Assembly: GCA_002353485.1 (NCBI GenBank)
Contig: DEJS01000019.1
Location: 22,138-86,137, forward strand
Length of the DNA: 64,000 bases
Source: Prevotella sp. UBA2742
GTDB lineage: Bacteria > Bacteroidota > Bacteroidia > Bacteroidales > Bacteroidaceae
Direction: 5' to 3'
The translations under genes were made by a program, and so were the position numbers. Below, one piece after another: positions 1 through 9,049 of the stretch (the first letter of the stretch is position 1; each line of letters begins with the position of its first letter). The notes beneath the pieces are model-generated. The model saw nothing but the letters and a program-made list of their open reading frames with translations. It searched no databases and was not told the origin of the DNA.

Positions 1-744
1 ATATCCTATTCGCCAACCTGTCATAGCGTAGGCTTTCGATACTCCGTTGACGATGATGGAACGTTCCTTCATACCCTCGAACTGGGCTATCGACTCATGG
101 CGTCCTACGTAGTTGATATGTTCGTATATTTCGTCGGCCAGCACGAAAAGGTCGTCGTGGCGCTTGATAACGTTGGCCAGTGCCTCCAGCTCCTCCTTGT
201 TGTAGACGCTGCCCGTGGGGTTGCTGGGCGAGCAGAGTATGATGAGGCGTGTCTTTGGAGTAATGGCTTCTTCCAGCTGCTGGGCAGTCATCTTGAAGTT
301 CTGGTCGAAGCCAGCCTCCACGATGACGGGTTGTCCGCCAGCCAGCAGTACCATCTGCGGGTAACTTACCCAGTATGGTGCCGGTATGATGACCTCGTCG
401 CCAGGGTTCACCAGCGCCATCACCGTGTTGCATACACTTTGCTTGGCGCCGTTCGAGACGAGTATCTCTGACGGCTGGTAGTGCAGATGGTTCTCGCGTT
501 CCAGCTTGCGGGCTATGGCCTGTCTGAGGTCGGGATATCCGGGTACGGGCGAGTAGCGTGAGTAGTTCTCGTCAATGGCAAGCTTGGCAGCCTGCTTTAT
601 ATGGTCGGGGGTATTGAAGTCGGGCTCTCCGACGCTCATGTTGATGACGTCGATGCCCTGTGCCTTCATCTCAGAACTCTTCTGTGACATTGCCAGTGTG
701 GCCGACGGGGCCAAACGTTGCAAACGGTCAGATAATTGTGCCAT
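1..744 (-). CDS. aspC: PLP-dependent aminotransferase class I/II (aspartate aminotransferase), 3' end outside window
   Basis: Manual translation from ATG at 744: MAQLSDRLQRLAPSATLAMSQKS...DVINMSVGEPDFNTP...YSPVPGYPDLR, a typical AspAT N-terminus; open to the window edge. Confidence 0.85.
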   Translation of the reverse strand, partial: MAQLSDRLQRLAPSATLAMSQKSSEMKAQGIDVINMSVGEPDFNTPDHIKQAAKLAIDENYSRYSPVPGYPDLRQAIARKLERENHLHYQPSEILVSNGAKQSVCNTVMALVNPGDEVIIPAPYWVSYPQMVLLAGGQPVIVEAGFDQNFKMTAQQLEEAITPKTRLIILCSPSNPTGSVYNKEELEALANVIKRHDDLFVLADEIYEHINYVGRHESIAQFEGMKERSIIVNGVSKAYAMTGWRIGY

Positions 745-848
745 AGTTTTACTATTTGTTATGTTTTGGGCTACAAAAGTACGCATTTTATTCCGTTTTA
801 AAGAATGTTCGCGTCTTTTTTTAATTTAAATTCTAATTTCTTGTATCT

Positions 849-2060
849 TTACTTCAGGTGCAGCCAGTGTCCCATGCGCTCCTTTTTGGTTTGCAGATAG
901 CGTAGGTTATACTCGTTGGGCGTAGTCTCTATGGGCACGTTTTCGACTATTTCCAGTCCGTATGCCTCCAGGCCTACGCGCTTTACGGGGTTGTTGGTCA
1001 TCAGCCGCATCTTCTCCACGCCCAGCTGCCGCAGTATCTGTGCGCCGCATCCGTAGTCGCGTTCGTCAGGCTTGAAGCCCAGGTGTAGGTTGGCATCGAC
1101 TGTGTCCAGGCCTTCTTCCTGCAGTTTGTATGCTGCTATCTTGTTCATCAGTCCTATGCCTCGTCCTTCCTGCTGCATGTAGACGATGACGCCTCGTCCT
1201 TCGCGCTCAATCATCTGCATCGACTTGTGCAGTTGTTCGCCGCAGTCGCAGCGCTTAGAACCCAGAATGTCGCCTGTCATACATGAACTATGTACGCGCA
1301 CGAGGACCGGTTCGTCCTTTTTCCACTCGCCCTTGACGAGAGCCATGTGTTCCAGTCCGTTGGACTTCTGCCTGAAGGCCGTCAGCCGGAAGTGTCCCCA
1401 CTCGGTGGGCATGTCTACCTCTTCACCCTTCTCGACGATGCTTTCTTTCTGCAGCCGGTAGGCTATCATGTCCTTGATGGTGATAATCTTCAGGTCGTGC
1501 TCCCTTGCAAAGTCCATCAGCTGTGGCATGCGTGCCATGGTGCCGTCGTCGTTCATTATCTCGATGAGTGCTCCTGCGGGGTACAGTCCTGATAGCTTAC
1601 AGAGGTCGATGGCAGCCTCTGTGTGTCCTGAGCGTCGTAGTACGCCGTTGTCCTGTGCATACAGTGGGCTGATGTGTCCTGGCCGTCCGAATGTCTTTGG
1701 TGTCGATGCCGGGTCGCCCAGCGCCCGTATGGTGGCGGCGCGGTCGTGGGCCGATACTCCTGTCGAGCATCCTTCTATCTTGTCTACGGTGACGGTGAAC
1801 GGTGTGCCCAGCAGCGAGGTGTTGTCCTGCACCTGGTGGGGCAGTTCCAGTTCCTTGGCACGGCTGATGGTGACGGGTGCGCATAGGACGCCGCGGGCGT
1901 TCTTCAGCATGAAGTTCACCATCTCGGGTGTTATCTTCTCGGCGGCGCATATCAGGTCGCCTTCGTTCTCGCGGTCTTCGTCGTCCACTACGATGACGAA
2001 CTTGCCTTGGCGGAAGTCGGCCAGCGCCTCCTCAATCGTGTTCAGTTTCATCTTTTCCAT
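849..2060 (-). CDS. ribBA: Bifunctional DHBP synthase / GTP cyclohydrolase II
   Basis: [36 protein letters not shown] and QEGRGIGL motifs. Confidence 0.97.
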   Translation of the reverse strand: MEKMKLNTIEEALADFRQGKFVIVVDDEDRENEGDLICAAEKITPEMVNFMLKNARGVLCAPVTISRAKELELPHQVQDNTSLLGTPFTVTVDKIEGCSTGVSAHDRAATIRALGDPASTPKTFGRPGHISPLYAQDNGVLRRSGHTEAAIDLCKLSGLYPAGALIEIMNDDGTMARMPQLMDFAREHDLKIITIKDMIAYRLQKESIVEKGEEVDMPTEWGHFRLTAFRQKSNGLEHMALVKGEWKKDEPVLVRVHSSCMTGDILGSKRCDCGEQLHKSMQMIEREGRGVIVYMQQEGRGIGLMNKIAAYKLQEEGLDTVDANLHLGFKPDERDYGCGAQILRQLGVEKMRLMTNNPVKRVGLEAYGLEIVENVPIETTPNEYNLRYLQTKKERMGHWLHLK

Positions 2061-2121
2061 ATATATTATACTTCTATAGGTCTAATGTCTTTCGTTACAC
2101 TTGCTTTGCTATGCTTCAGCT

Positions 2122-4059
2122 TCAGTCGGCATCGATGGTGATGCGTCCTTCCTTCTCTACGTCGCCCAGCAGAATGACGCGCGGAATGAGTTTCTCGTTC
2201 ACCCTCAGGATGGTTCTGAGGTCGCGGTACAGGCGTACGCGGAATCGTATCATTCGGAAGTAGAAGAAGATGCCAGTGGGCAGGAACAGTCCCGTCAGCG
2301 CGTTGAGCCACTTGCGGCGGAAGGGCCGTGTGTGGGCGTGCGTGGCTATGACCGGGAACTGGTTCAGCTTCATCAGCACGTAGTTGTTCTTCGTGTACGA
2401 CAAGTCCTCAATGGCCACCTCCAGGGCGTTGTTCAGGTGCTCTATCTCGTTGTCGTCGCCCGGACGGAAGAAGACGCGTATTGGGTTAGGCCACCTGAGC
2501 AGCCTGTGCTGCTCCATGTATTGTGTCACCTCCATGCTGACGTTCTTCAGCAGCTCGGCGTCGGTCAGGTACTTCGGGTCTTCTATGATAACCTCCTTGC
2601 GCGTGATGTATCGCTTGGTGCGCAGTCCCAGCATGCGGCTGGCAATGCTCTTGTAGAGGTCAATGTTGAACACCACCGAGTCGTTGTTGGCCTTGCGGGT
2701 AAAGAATATGGCGATGGGCGTCAGCACCACCGTTCCCAGCAGTTTGCCGAACCATACGGTCCAGTTGTCGTCGCGTGCCATCTTGGTGCCCGTGTTGTCG
2801 AGGATGTAGAAAACGATGAACACCAGTACCGAGATGATGACGGGCACGCCCAGTCCTCCCTTTCGTATGATGGCTCCCAGTGGTGCCCCGATGAAGAAGA
2901 AGATGAGGCAGGAGAGCGACAGCGTCACCTTGTTGATGGCTTCCAGCATGTGTACGCGCTCCTGGTAGTTCAAGTCGTTAGAGTACTCCACCTTGTACTC
3001 CATCTCGTTCATGGCCGCCTGTGCGTCGTTCGACGCCATGGTCAGCACCTGCTGTTTCCTCTCGCCCGAGAGCCGCTGGTACAGCGTGTCCAGGTTCAGG
3101 TCCTTGCGTGCGGCTTGCCTGACGGCCTTCAGCGAGTCGCTCTTCGACAGTATGGGCCTTGACAGCGCCGAGCGCCGTGCGTCGAAGTAGAACTGGTGGC
3201 CCACGGAGTCGTTGAACTCGCGTATGGAGTCCAGGTCGTGCAGTATGGCTCCCATGCTCTTTGCGCGTGCGTCGCCGGCTATCCATCCTGCCTCTACCAT
3301 GTCCAGTCCGCTGTCGAAGTCCAGCACTATCTGTTTCGTCGAGAATGTCTCGCGCCGGTACGGCACGTTGGCGGCCACGTTCATGCCCGACTGTCGCATG
3401 TTCTCAAACCACTCTCCGCTGTACAGCGTCAGCAGCAGGTGTTTCTTCTCGGCCGTTGCCTGAATGTGCCCCGAGTCGGCCAGTATCACTGCCGCGTCCT
3501 CGTAGCTGCCGTTCATGCGGTATATCATGATGCCGTACAGCGTGCCCGTCTGCATGTCCTTCTTCTGTACGTAGAGGTTCGAGCCCGGTATGCCGTCGTA
3601 AAAGATGCCCTCGGGAATCTCCACCTCGGGGTTCTTCTGTTTCATCGACAGCAGTAGCTGGCGGAACGAGAAGAAAGCCTTTGGTGCTATCACCTCCTGG
3701 AAGAAGAACGATATGCAGGTGATGGCGCACACGATGACGATGAGCGAGCGGAATGCCTGCATCAGCGAGATGCCTGCCGCCTTGATGGCCGTCAGCTCCG
3801 ACGACTCGCCCAGGTTTCCGAAGGTGATGAGCGACGACAGCAGGATGGCCAGCGGGAAGGCCTGTGGCATCAGCATCAGTCCCATGTACCAGAAGAACTG
3901 TGCCATGACCTCCAGTGACAGGCCCTTTCCTATGAGCTCGTCCACGTAGCGCCACAGGAACTGCATCATCAGCACAAACTGGCAGATGAAGAAGGTTGCA
4001 AAGAACAGCAGTCCGAACTGTTTTGCAATGAAAATGTCTAATTTCTTAATGCGCAACAT
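2122..4059 (-). CDS. LptF/LptG (YjgP/YjgQ) family LPS export permease with Bacteroidales C-terminal extension
   Basis: N-terminal TM segments, GNLGESSELTAIKAAGISL, FFIGAPLGAIIRKGG. Confidence 0.9.
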   Translation of the reverse strand: MLRIKKLDIFIAKQFGLLFFATFFICQFVLMMQFLWRYVDELIGKGLSLEVMAQFFWYMGLMLMPQAFPLAILLSSLITFGNLGESSELTAIKAAGISLMQAFRSLIVIVCAITCISFFFQEVIAPKAFFSFRQLLLSMKQKNPEVEIPEGIFYDGIPGSNLYVQKKDMQTGTLYGIMIYRMNGSYEDAAVILADSGHIQATAEKKHLLLTLYSGEWFENMRQSGMNVAANVPYRRETFSTKQIVLDFDSGLDMVEAGWIAGDARAKSMGAILHDLDSIREFNDSVGHQFYFDARRSALSRPILSKSDSLKAVRQAARKDLNLDTLYQRLSGERKQQVLTMASNDAQAAMNEMEYKVEYSNDLNYQERVHMLEAINKVTLSLSCLIFFFIGAPLGAIIRKGGLGVPVIISVLVFIVFYILDNTGTKMARDDNWTVWFGKLLGTVVLTPIAIFFTRKANNDSVVFNIDLYKSIASRMLGLRTKRYITRKEVIIEDPKYLTDAELLKNVSMEVTQYMEQHRLLRWPNPIRVFFRPGDDNEIEHLNNALEVAIEDLSYTKNNYVLMKLNQFPVIATHAHTRPFRRKWLNALTGLFLPTGIFFYFRMIRFRVRLYRDLRTILRVNEKLIPRVILLGDVEKEGRITIDAD

Positions 4060-4090
4060 AGAAATTCGGCTGCAAAGGTACAGAAATAAA

Positions 4091-4118
4091 TGAAGAGTGA
4101 AGAATGAAGAATGAAGAA
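4091..4118. repeat. Heptamer tandem repeat (TGAAGAA/TGAAGAG, about 4 units)
   Basis: tgaagag tgaagaa tgaagaa tgaagaa in the intergenic region. Confidence 0.8.
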
Positions 4119-4146
4119 TTTGCTGCCGCCTTAATGATTTTTTAAG

Positions 4147-4545
4147 TTACAGTCCGCTGACGCGGTGCAGCCGTTCCAGGTTGGCGTCCCACAGCTCGCG
4201 CAGCTCGGCTTCCTCTTCGTCGTCCTGGGCATAGTCGGTTATCAGCAGGTTCAGCTCGTCCGTCAGGTCGCTCTTCTCGATGCGCATCTCCCAGATGGCC
4301 TCAGGCGTCTCCTCGTGGTAGTCCCACAGCAGGCGTATGTAGCTGTACTTCTCCTTTTCTATTACGCGCGACTGCTTTGTGTCGCGCTCCGTCCACGGGT
4401 GGCCCCATGTGAAGGTCAGTGTGTCTGCCTCTTCGGTAACGTTGTCTGCCAGCCATTTCTGAAGGCCGTGTGCATTGCTGATGAGTTCCCATACAATGCG
4501 TGGCGACTGTGTTGACAGCGGGTATTCAATAGTAAGTTTCTGCAT
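4147..4545 (-). CDS. START/SRPBCC-like domain protein
   Basis: WELISNAHGLQKWLADNV...FTW...LLITDY pattern of small Bacteroidetes START-like proteins. Confidence 0.75.
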   Translation of the reverse strand: MQKLTIEYPLSTQSPRIVWELISNAHGLQKWLADNVTEEADTLTFTWGHPWTERDTKQSRVIEKEKYSYIRLLWDYHEETPEAIWEMRIEKSDLTDELNLLITDYAQDDEEEAELRELWDANLERLHRVSGL

Positions 4546-4661
4546 AGTAGTCTACGTGTTAGCGTGTAAATAGATATTGGTTCACCCTGCAAAAATACAA
4601 AAAAAACTCCATCCGCAAAAGTTTTTTCGGAAAAAAGTTTGGGTAATTCAAACTTTTGTAT

Positions 4662-4669
4662 TACCTTTG
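4662..4669 (+). promoter_or_regulatory. Bacteroidetes sigma-A -7 box for the tRNA
   Basis: TACCTTTG matches TAnnTTTG, ending 20 nt upstream of the tRNA. Confidence 0.7.
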
Positions 4670-4688
4670 CACCCGCTTACAAGCAAAT

Positions 4689-4762
4689 GGCGGGGTAGCT
4701 CAGCTGGTTAGAGCGTCGGATTCATAATCCGGAGGTCGAGGGTTCGGGTCCCCCTCCCGCTA
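4689..4762 (+). tRNA. tRNA-Met (CAT), probably elongator
   Basis: Cloverleaf GGCGGGG TAGCTCAGCTGGTTAGAGC G TCGGA TTCATAA TCCGG AGGTC GAGGG TTCGGGT CCCCC TCCCGCT A; no encoded CCA; GGC acceptor start favours elongator Met over Ile2 or fMet. Confidence 0.9.
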
Positions 4763-4768
4763 CGCAGG

Positions 4769-4804
4769 ACAGGGTCGGCATGGTGCCGGCCCTGTTTTCG
4801 TTTT
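4769..4804 (+). terminator. Intrinsic terminator after the tRNA
   Basis: acagggtcggca-tgg-tgccggccctgt followed by a T-rich tract. Confidence 0.75.
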
Positions 4805-4816
4805 ACTTCGTGTGCG

Positions 4817-4975
4817 GTTCAAGTCCGTTACAAGTCCGTTACAAGTCCGGTTCAAGTCCGCTTCATGTTCAGTATTTGTTCAGTATATGTTCAGTATATG
4901 TTCAGTGAATGACTGAACAAGAACTGAAGAAATGATGCACATATAGTGGACGGGAACGGGGGCTTGTTTGGACCG
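4817..4975. repeat. 11-bp-period palindromic intergenic element, copy A
   Basis: 4 x (G/T)T(T/A)CAAGTCCG, then 4 x GTATATGTTCA-like units, centre GTGAATGAC, then degenerate inverted units. Confidence 0.8.
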
Positions 4976-5030
4976 GATTGTGGGTGTGGCGTTCGCCGGG
5001 TGTTTGGCTCCGGCGTTCAAGACTCGGGGA

Positions 5031-5096
5031 TGTTACAAAGTGTAAAGTATAGGAGACGTGCAGCAAAGGGCGTCTCTTTTTTTCTTTGTAATTTTG
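5031..5096 (+). promoter_or_regulatory. GH97 operon promoter with putative HTCS operator
   Basis: TAATTTTG -7 box at 5089; TGTTAC/GGAGAC half-sites 21 bp apart starting 58 bp upstream; a similar motif lies at 10538. Confidence 0.5.
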
Positions 5097-5118
5097 CGGC
5101 AGGATATATATTATAGAT

Positions 5119-7056
5119 ATGAAGACAATGAAATTTTCTTTGCTGGTGGCCGGGCTGTTGTGGATGACGACGGCTGCGTGGGCCGACGGTTTCAGGAGTC
5201 CTGACGGCCGTATCTGTGTGACGTTGGACCTGCAGAGCGGACAGCCCTGCTATGGTGTGAGTTACGACGGGAAGGTGGTGGTGGAGTCCTCGGCCTTGGG
5301 CATTGTGACGAACATGGGTGACTACTCGTCGGGGCTTGCACAGCGTGTGGCCGAGGTGCGTACGGTGGCGGAGCGCTATGCGCTGCGCACCATCAAGCAG
5401 AGCACTGTGGACTATGAGGCCACGGAGGCCGTGGTGGGGTATGAGAAGGACGGTCTCCACGTGATGGACATCGTGTTCCGCGTGAGCAACAGGGACGTGG
5501 CGTTCTGCTACAGGCTGCTGCCCCGGAAGGAGACGCGTGTCTGTGTGGTGGAGCGCGAGGCTACGTCCTTCGTGATGCCTGACGGCACGACGACGTTCCT
5601 CTGTCCGCAGTCGAAGCCCATGGGCGGCTTCGCGCGTACGTCGCCCAGCTACGAGACGCCCTACACGGTGGACGACGCCGTGGGCAAGAACGGTTGGGGC
5701 GAGGGGTATACGTTTCCTTGTCTGTTCAAGGCCCCTGCGGCCTGGGTGCTTGTCAGCGAGACGGGTACGGACGGCGGCTACGTGGGCTGCAGGCTGGTGA
5801 ATGCCGGCGGCGGCAGGTATCAGATAGGGTTCCCCCAGGCGGGCGAGATGAACGGTGCCGGTGGCGTGACGGCTGCCGTGGCGCTGCCGTCGCAGACGCC
5901 GTGGCGCACCATCACTGTAGGACCGCTGCAGAATATCGTCGAGACTACCGTGCCCTGGGACTTGGTGAAGCCTAAGTACGAGGCGTCGCAGCAGTACCAG
6001 TATGGCAAGGGCTCGTGGTCGTGGATTATAAAGATGGACCCCAGCTGTAACTTTGACGAGCAGAAGCGCTACATCGACTTCTCGGCGCGCATGGGATGGC
6101 AGACGGTGCTGGTGGATGCCTTCTGGGACCGGCAGATAGGTTACGAGAAGATGGGCGAGCTGGCACGCTACGGCCGGGAGAAGGGTGTGGCCCTGTTTCT
6201 GTGGTACAATTCGAACGGTGCCTGGAACGACGCTCCCCAGACGCCCATCGGCAAGATGAACGACGGCAGGACGCGCCGGCGTGAGATGCAGTGGATGAAG
6301 GACAACGGCATCAGGGGCATCAAGGTAGACTTCTTCGGTGGCGACAAGCAGGCTATGATGCAGCTGTACGAGGACATACTGAGCGATGCCAACGACTTCG
6401 GGCTGATGTGTATCTTCCATGGTTGCACGCTGCCGCGCGGCTGGGAGCGTATGTATCCCAACTATGTGGCCTCGGAGGCTGTGCTGGCCTCAGAGAACCT
6501 GCACTTCGGCCAGGGGGCCTGCGATGCCGAGGCGCGCAATGCCACGATACATGCTTTTGTGAGAAACACCGTGGGGGCGATGGACTTCGGCGGGTCGGCG
6601 CTGAACAAGCGCTACAGTGCAGACAACCAGCACGGCACCTATCGGCGTACCAGCGACGTCTACGCCCTGGCCACGGCAGTGCTCTTCCAGAGTGCTGTTC
6701 AGCACTTTGCGCTGGCACCCAACAACCTGTACGATGCCCCGGCCTGGGCCGTCGACTTCATGCAGCAGGTGCCCACGACGTGGGACGAGGTGCGGCTGCT
6801 GGACGGCTATCCCGGGCGCTACGTCATCATGGCACGTCGCAGCGGGTCGCGATGGTACGTGGTGGGCATCAACGCTACCGGGCAGCCTGTCAGGCAGACG
6901 CTGTCGCTGCCCATGTTCGAGCGCGGGCAGACGCTCACCGTATACAGCGACGACGCACAGCTGCAGGGCAGCAGAAAGACCGTGAAGCAGAACAGGAAAC
7001 AACAGCTCGCCATCAGTATTCCGCAGAACGGAGGCGTGGTGATAGTGAATCAGTAA
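5119..7056 (+). CDS. Glycoside hydrolase family 97
   Basis: Signal peptide; GH97 motifs TPWRTI, KRYIDFS, GIKVDFF, FHGCTLPRGWERMYPN, VPTTWDE. Confidence 0.93.
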   Translation: MKTMKFSLLVAGLLWMTTAAWADGFRSPDGRICVTLDLQSGQPCYGVSYDGKVVVESSALGIVTNMGDYSSGLAQRVAEVRTVAERYALRTIKQSTVDYEATEAVVGYEKDGLHVMDIVFRVSNRDVAFCYRLLPRKETRVCVVEREATSFVMPDGTTTFLCPQSKPMGGFARTSPSYETPYTVDDAVGKNGWGEGYTFPCLFKAPAAWVLVSETGTDGGYVGCRLVNAGGGRYQIGFPQAGEMNGAGGVTAAVALPSQTPWRTITVGPLQNIVETTVPWDLVKPKYEASQQYQYGKGSWSWIIKMDPSCNFDEQKRYIDFSARMGWQTVLVDAFWDRQIGYEKMGELARYGREKGVALFLWYNSNGAWNDAPQTPIGKMNDGRTRRREMQWMKDNGIRGIKVDFFGGDKQAMMQLYEDILSDANDFGLMCIFHGCTLPRGWERMYPNYVASEAVLASENLHFGQGACDAEARNATIHAFVRNTVGAMDFGGSALNKRYSADNQHGTYRRTSDVYALATAVLFQSAVQHFALAPNNLYDAPAWAVDFMQQVPTTWDEVRLLDGYPGRYVIMARRSGSRWYVVGINATGQPVRQTLSLPMFERGQTLTVYSDDAQLQGSRKTVKQNRKQQLAISIPQNGGVVIVNQ

Positions 7057-7072
7057 GACTAAACACGACGAT

Positions 7073-9043
7073 ATGAAACGAAGCTTATTATCAACAGCGG
7101 TTCTGTGGCTGGCGCTTGGCGGCTGGGCACAGAACCCCATTATTCGCGACCAGTATGCTGCCGACCCTACGGCGCGGGTGTTCAACGGGCGCATATACCT
7201 GTACCCCTCGCACGACATCGTGGCGCCCGAGGGGCAGCGGCAGGACTGGTTCTGCATGGCCGACTACCATGTGTTCTCGTCTGACAACCTGACCGAGTGG
7301 CAGGACCATGGCGTCATAGTGAGCCAGGAGCAGGTGCCCTGGGGAAAGAAAGACGCCTACTCGATGTGGGCACCCGACTGCGTGGAGAAGGACGGGCGCT
7401 ACTACTTCTACTTCCCCGATGCACCCGCGTCGGGCAGGGGCTTCGCCATCGGCGTAGCCACAAGCGACTCGCCCACAGGGCCTTTCCGTCTGGAGCAGCA
7501 GTCCATACGTGGCGTCAGCGGCATAGACCCCTGCGTGCTCATCGATAACGACGGTACGGCATACCTCTACTGGAGCGGCATGGGCATTCGCGGAGCCCGT
7601 CTGAAACGCAATATGACAGAGCTGGACGGCGAGTTGCAGGAGGTGACGCTGCCCCGTCGCAACGACAGCATACCGGCCATGACGATGCTGGTGGGCGGAC
7701 AGCCTATGGAAGGACTGCCCGAGGGGTTCAAGGAAGGCCCCTTCGCCTTCCGCCGGGGCGACTGGTACTACCTGACCTTCCCCTGGGTGCGTAAGGAGGG
7801 TGGGACAGAGACGCTGGCTTACGCCATGTCGCACTCGCCCTTGGGACCCTGGAATTTCAAGGGCATCATCATGGCCGAGCACGAGGACGGCTGCTGGACC
7901 AACCACCACAGCATCGTGGAGTTCAAGGGACAGTGGTACCTGTTCTATCACCATAACGACTACTCGCCGCTGATGGACAAGCGCCGTTCGGCACGTATAG
8001 AGCGCATAGGGTTCAATGCCGACGGTACCATCAGAGAGGTTCGGCCTACCCTGCGAGGGGTAGGCGTCACGCCAGCCACCTCGCGCATCGAGGTTGACCG
8101 CTACAGCTCTGCGGGCAAGGGTTCTGCCATTGCCTATAACGACACGCTGCAGACCTTCCGTGGCTGGCATGCCGTACTGCCCGGCAAGGGCGCGTGGGTG
8201 AGCTACGGCGACGTAGACTACAGTGGACTGCGCCAGGGGGCCTATGCCGTGGCGAAGGTCAGGGCCCGGGCGAACACTGAAATCGCCCTGCGTGCAGGCA
8301 AGAAGCTGCTGGCACGCATTCCGGTAACGGTGATTACCCAGCGCGGACAGTTCCGTCGCGACCAGAGCGGACAGTGGCTCACGCTGACGGCTCCTCTGTC
8401 GCAGCAGCCCCAGGGCATGGCCGATATTACGGTGAGCTGCGAGGGCGAGGGCGTCGACATCGACTGGGTGCAGTTCCGCAACCGTCCTGACTATTTTGCT
8501 GCAGTACCGCGTGGCAGTTTCCCATCGTATCCTGATTCTGCCGGTTTCATTCGGCGCTGGACCCTGCAGGAGCCCGTCTCTTACGAGGTGCGCTCAAATA
8601 TCATGCTTACCGATACTTACCTTCAGGAGATGGTGTCGCGGGAGTTGCCCAAGGTGAACCGTAAGAAGGGCAAGTGGCATGTGCTTGAAAGTCAGTCGTA
8701 TAATGTTCGCCTTTTCCGTTTTGCCGAGTTGAACGGTTGTCAGCCCTACAATGCCCTTTTCTGGGGAGAGACTACGATTGTCTGCCCCGTGGAGCAGTCG
8801 GACGTGCGCCTGGCCGCAGGTAGCAACGGGGCGTCGTGCTGGTGGCTCAATGGTGAGCCGGTGCTTACCCTTGACGGCGACCGGCGCATGGTGGAAGACG
8901 ACGGGGTATCGCGACGGCTGACGCTGCACAAGGGTCACAACGTGCTGCGCTTCTGCTTGGTCAACGGACCGGGGCTCAGCGACCTTTGTGTACGCTTCAT
9001 CGATGAGAAAGGTAAACCGATTACTCACTTCTTTATTCCTTAA
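7073..9043 (+). CDS. GH43 glycosidase with CBM6-like module and an extra C-terminal domain
   Basis: Signal peptide; ADPTARVF, WAPDC, IDPCV, KEGP, TNHHSIVEF; DIDWVQF at the end of a CBM6-like region. Confidence 0.88.
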   Translation: MKRSLLSTAVLWLALGGWAQNPIIRDQYAADPTARVFNGRIYLYPSHDIVAPEGQRQDWFCMADYHVFSSDNLTEWQDHGVIVSQEQVPWGKKDAYSMWAPDCVEKDGRYYFYFPDAPASGRGFAIGVATSDSPTGPFRLEQQSIRGVSGIDPCVLIDNDGTAYLYWSGMGIRGARLKRNMTELDGELQEVTLPRRNDSIPAMTMLVGGQPMEGLPEGFKEGPFAFRRGDWYYLTFPWVRKEGGTETLAYAMSHSPLGPWNFKGIIMAEHEDGCWTNHHSIVEFKGQWYLFYHHNDYSPLMDKRRSARIERIGFNADGTIREVRPTLRGVGVTPATSRIEVDRYSSAGKGSAIAYNDTLQTFRGWHAVLPGKGAWVSYGDVDYSGLRQGAYAVAKVRARANTEIALRAGKKLLARIPVTVITQRGQFRRDQSGQWLTLTAPLSQQPQGMADITVSCEGEGVDIDWVQFRNRPDYFAAVPRGSFPSYPDSAGFIRRWTLQEPVSYEVRSNIMLTDTYLQEMVSRELPKVNRKKGKWHVLESQSYNVRLFRFAELNGCQPYNALFWGETTIVCPVEQSDVRLAAGSNGASCWWLNGEPVLTLDGDRRMVEDDGVSRRLTLHKGHNVLRFCLVNGPGLSDLCVRFIDEKGKPITHFFIP

Positions 9044-9049
9044 ACCAGT

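Noticed and set aside
2061-2121. FMN riboswitch upstream of ribBA
   Set aside because: The gap is only about 60 nt and has no FMN aptamer motifs; ribBA appears to be read from the lptF/G transcript
4817-4920. Possible CRISPR array or att site of a tRNA-integrated element
   Set aside because: The 11-bp units lack spacers; I saw no integrase and no duplicated tRNA 3' end in the window
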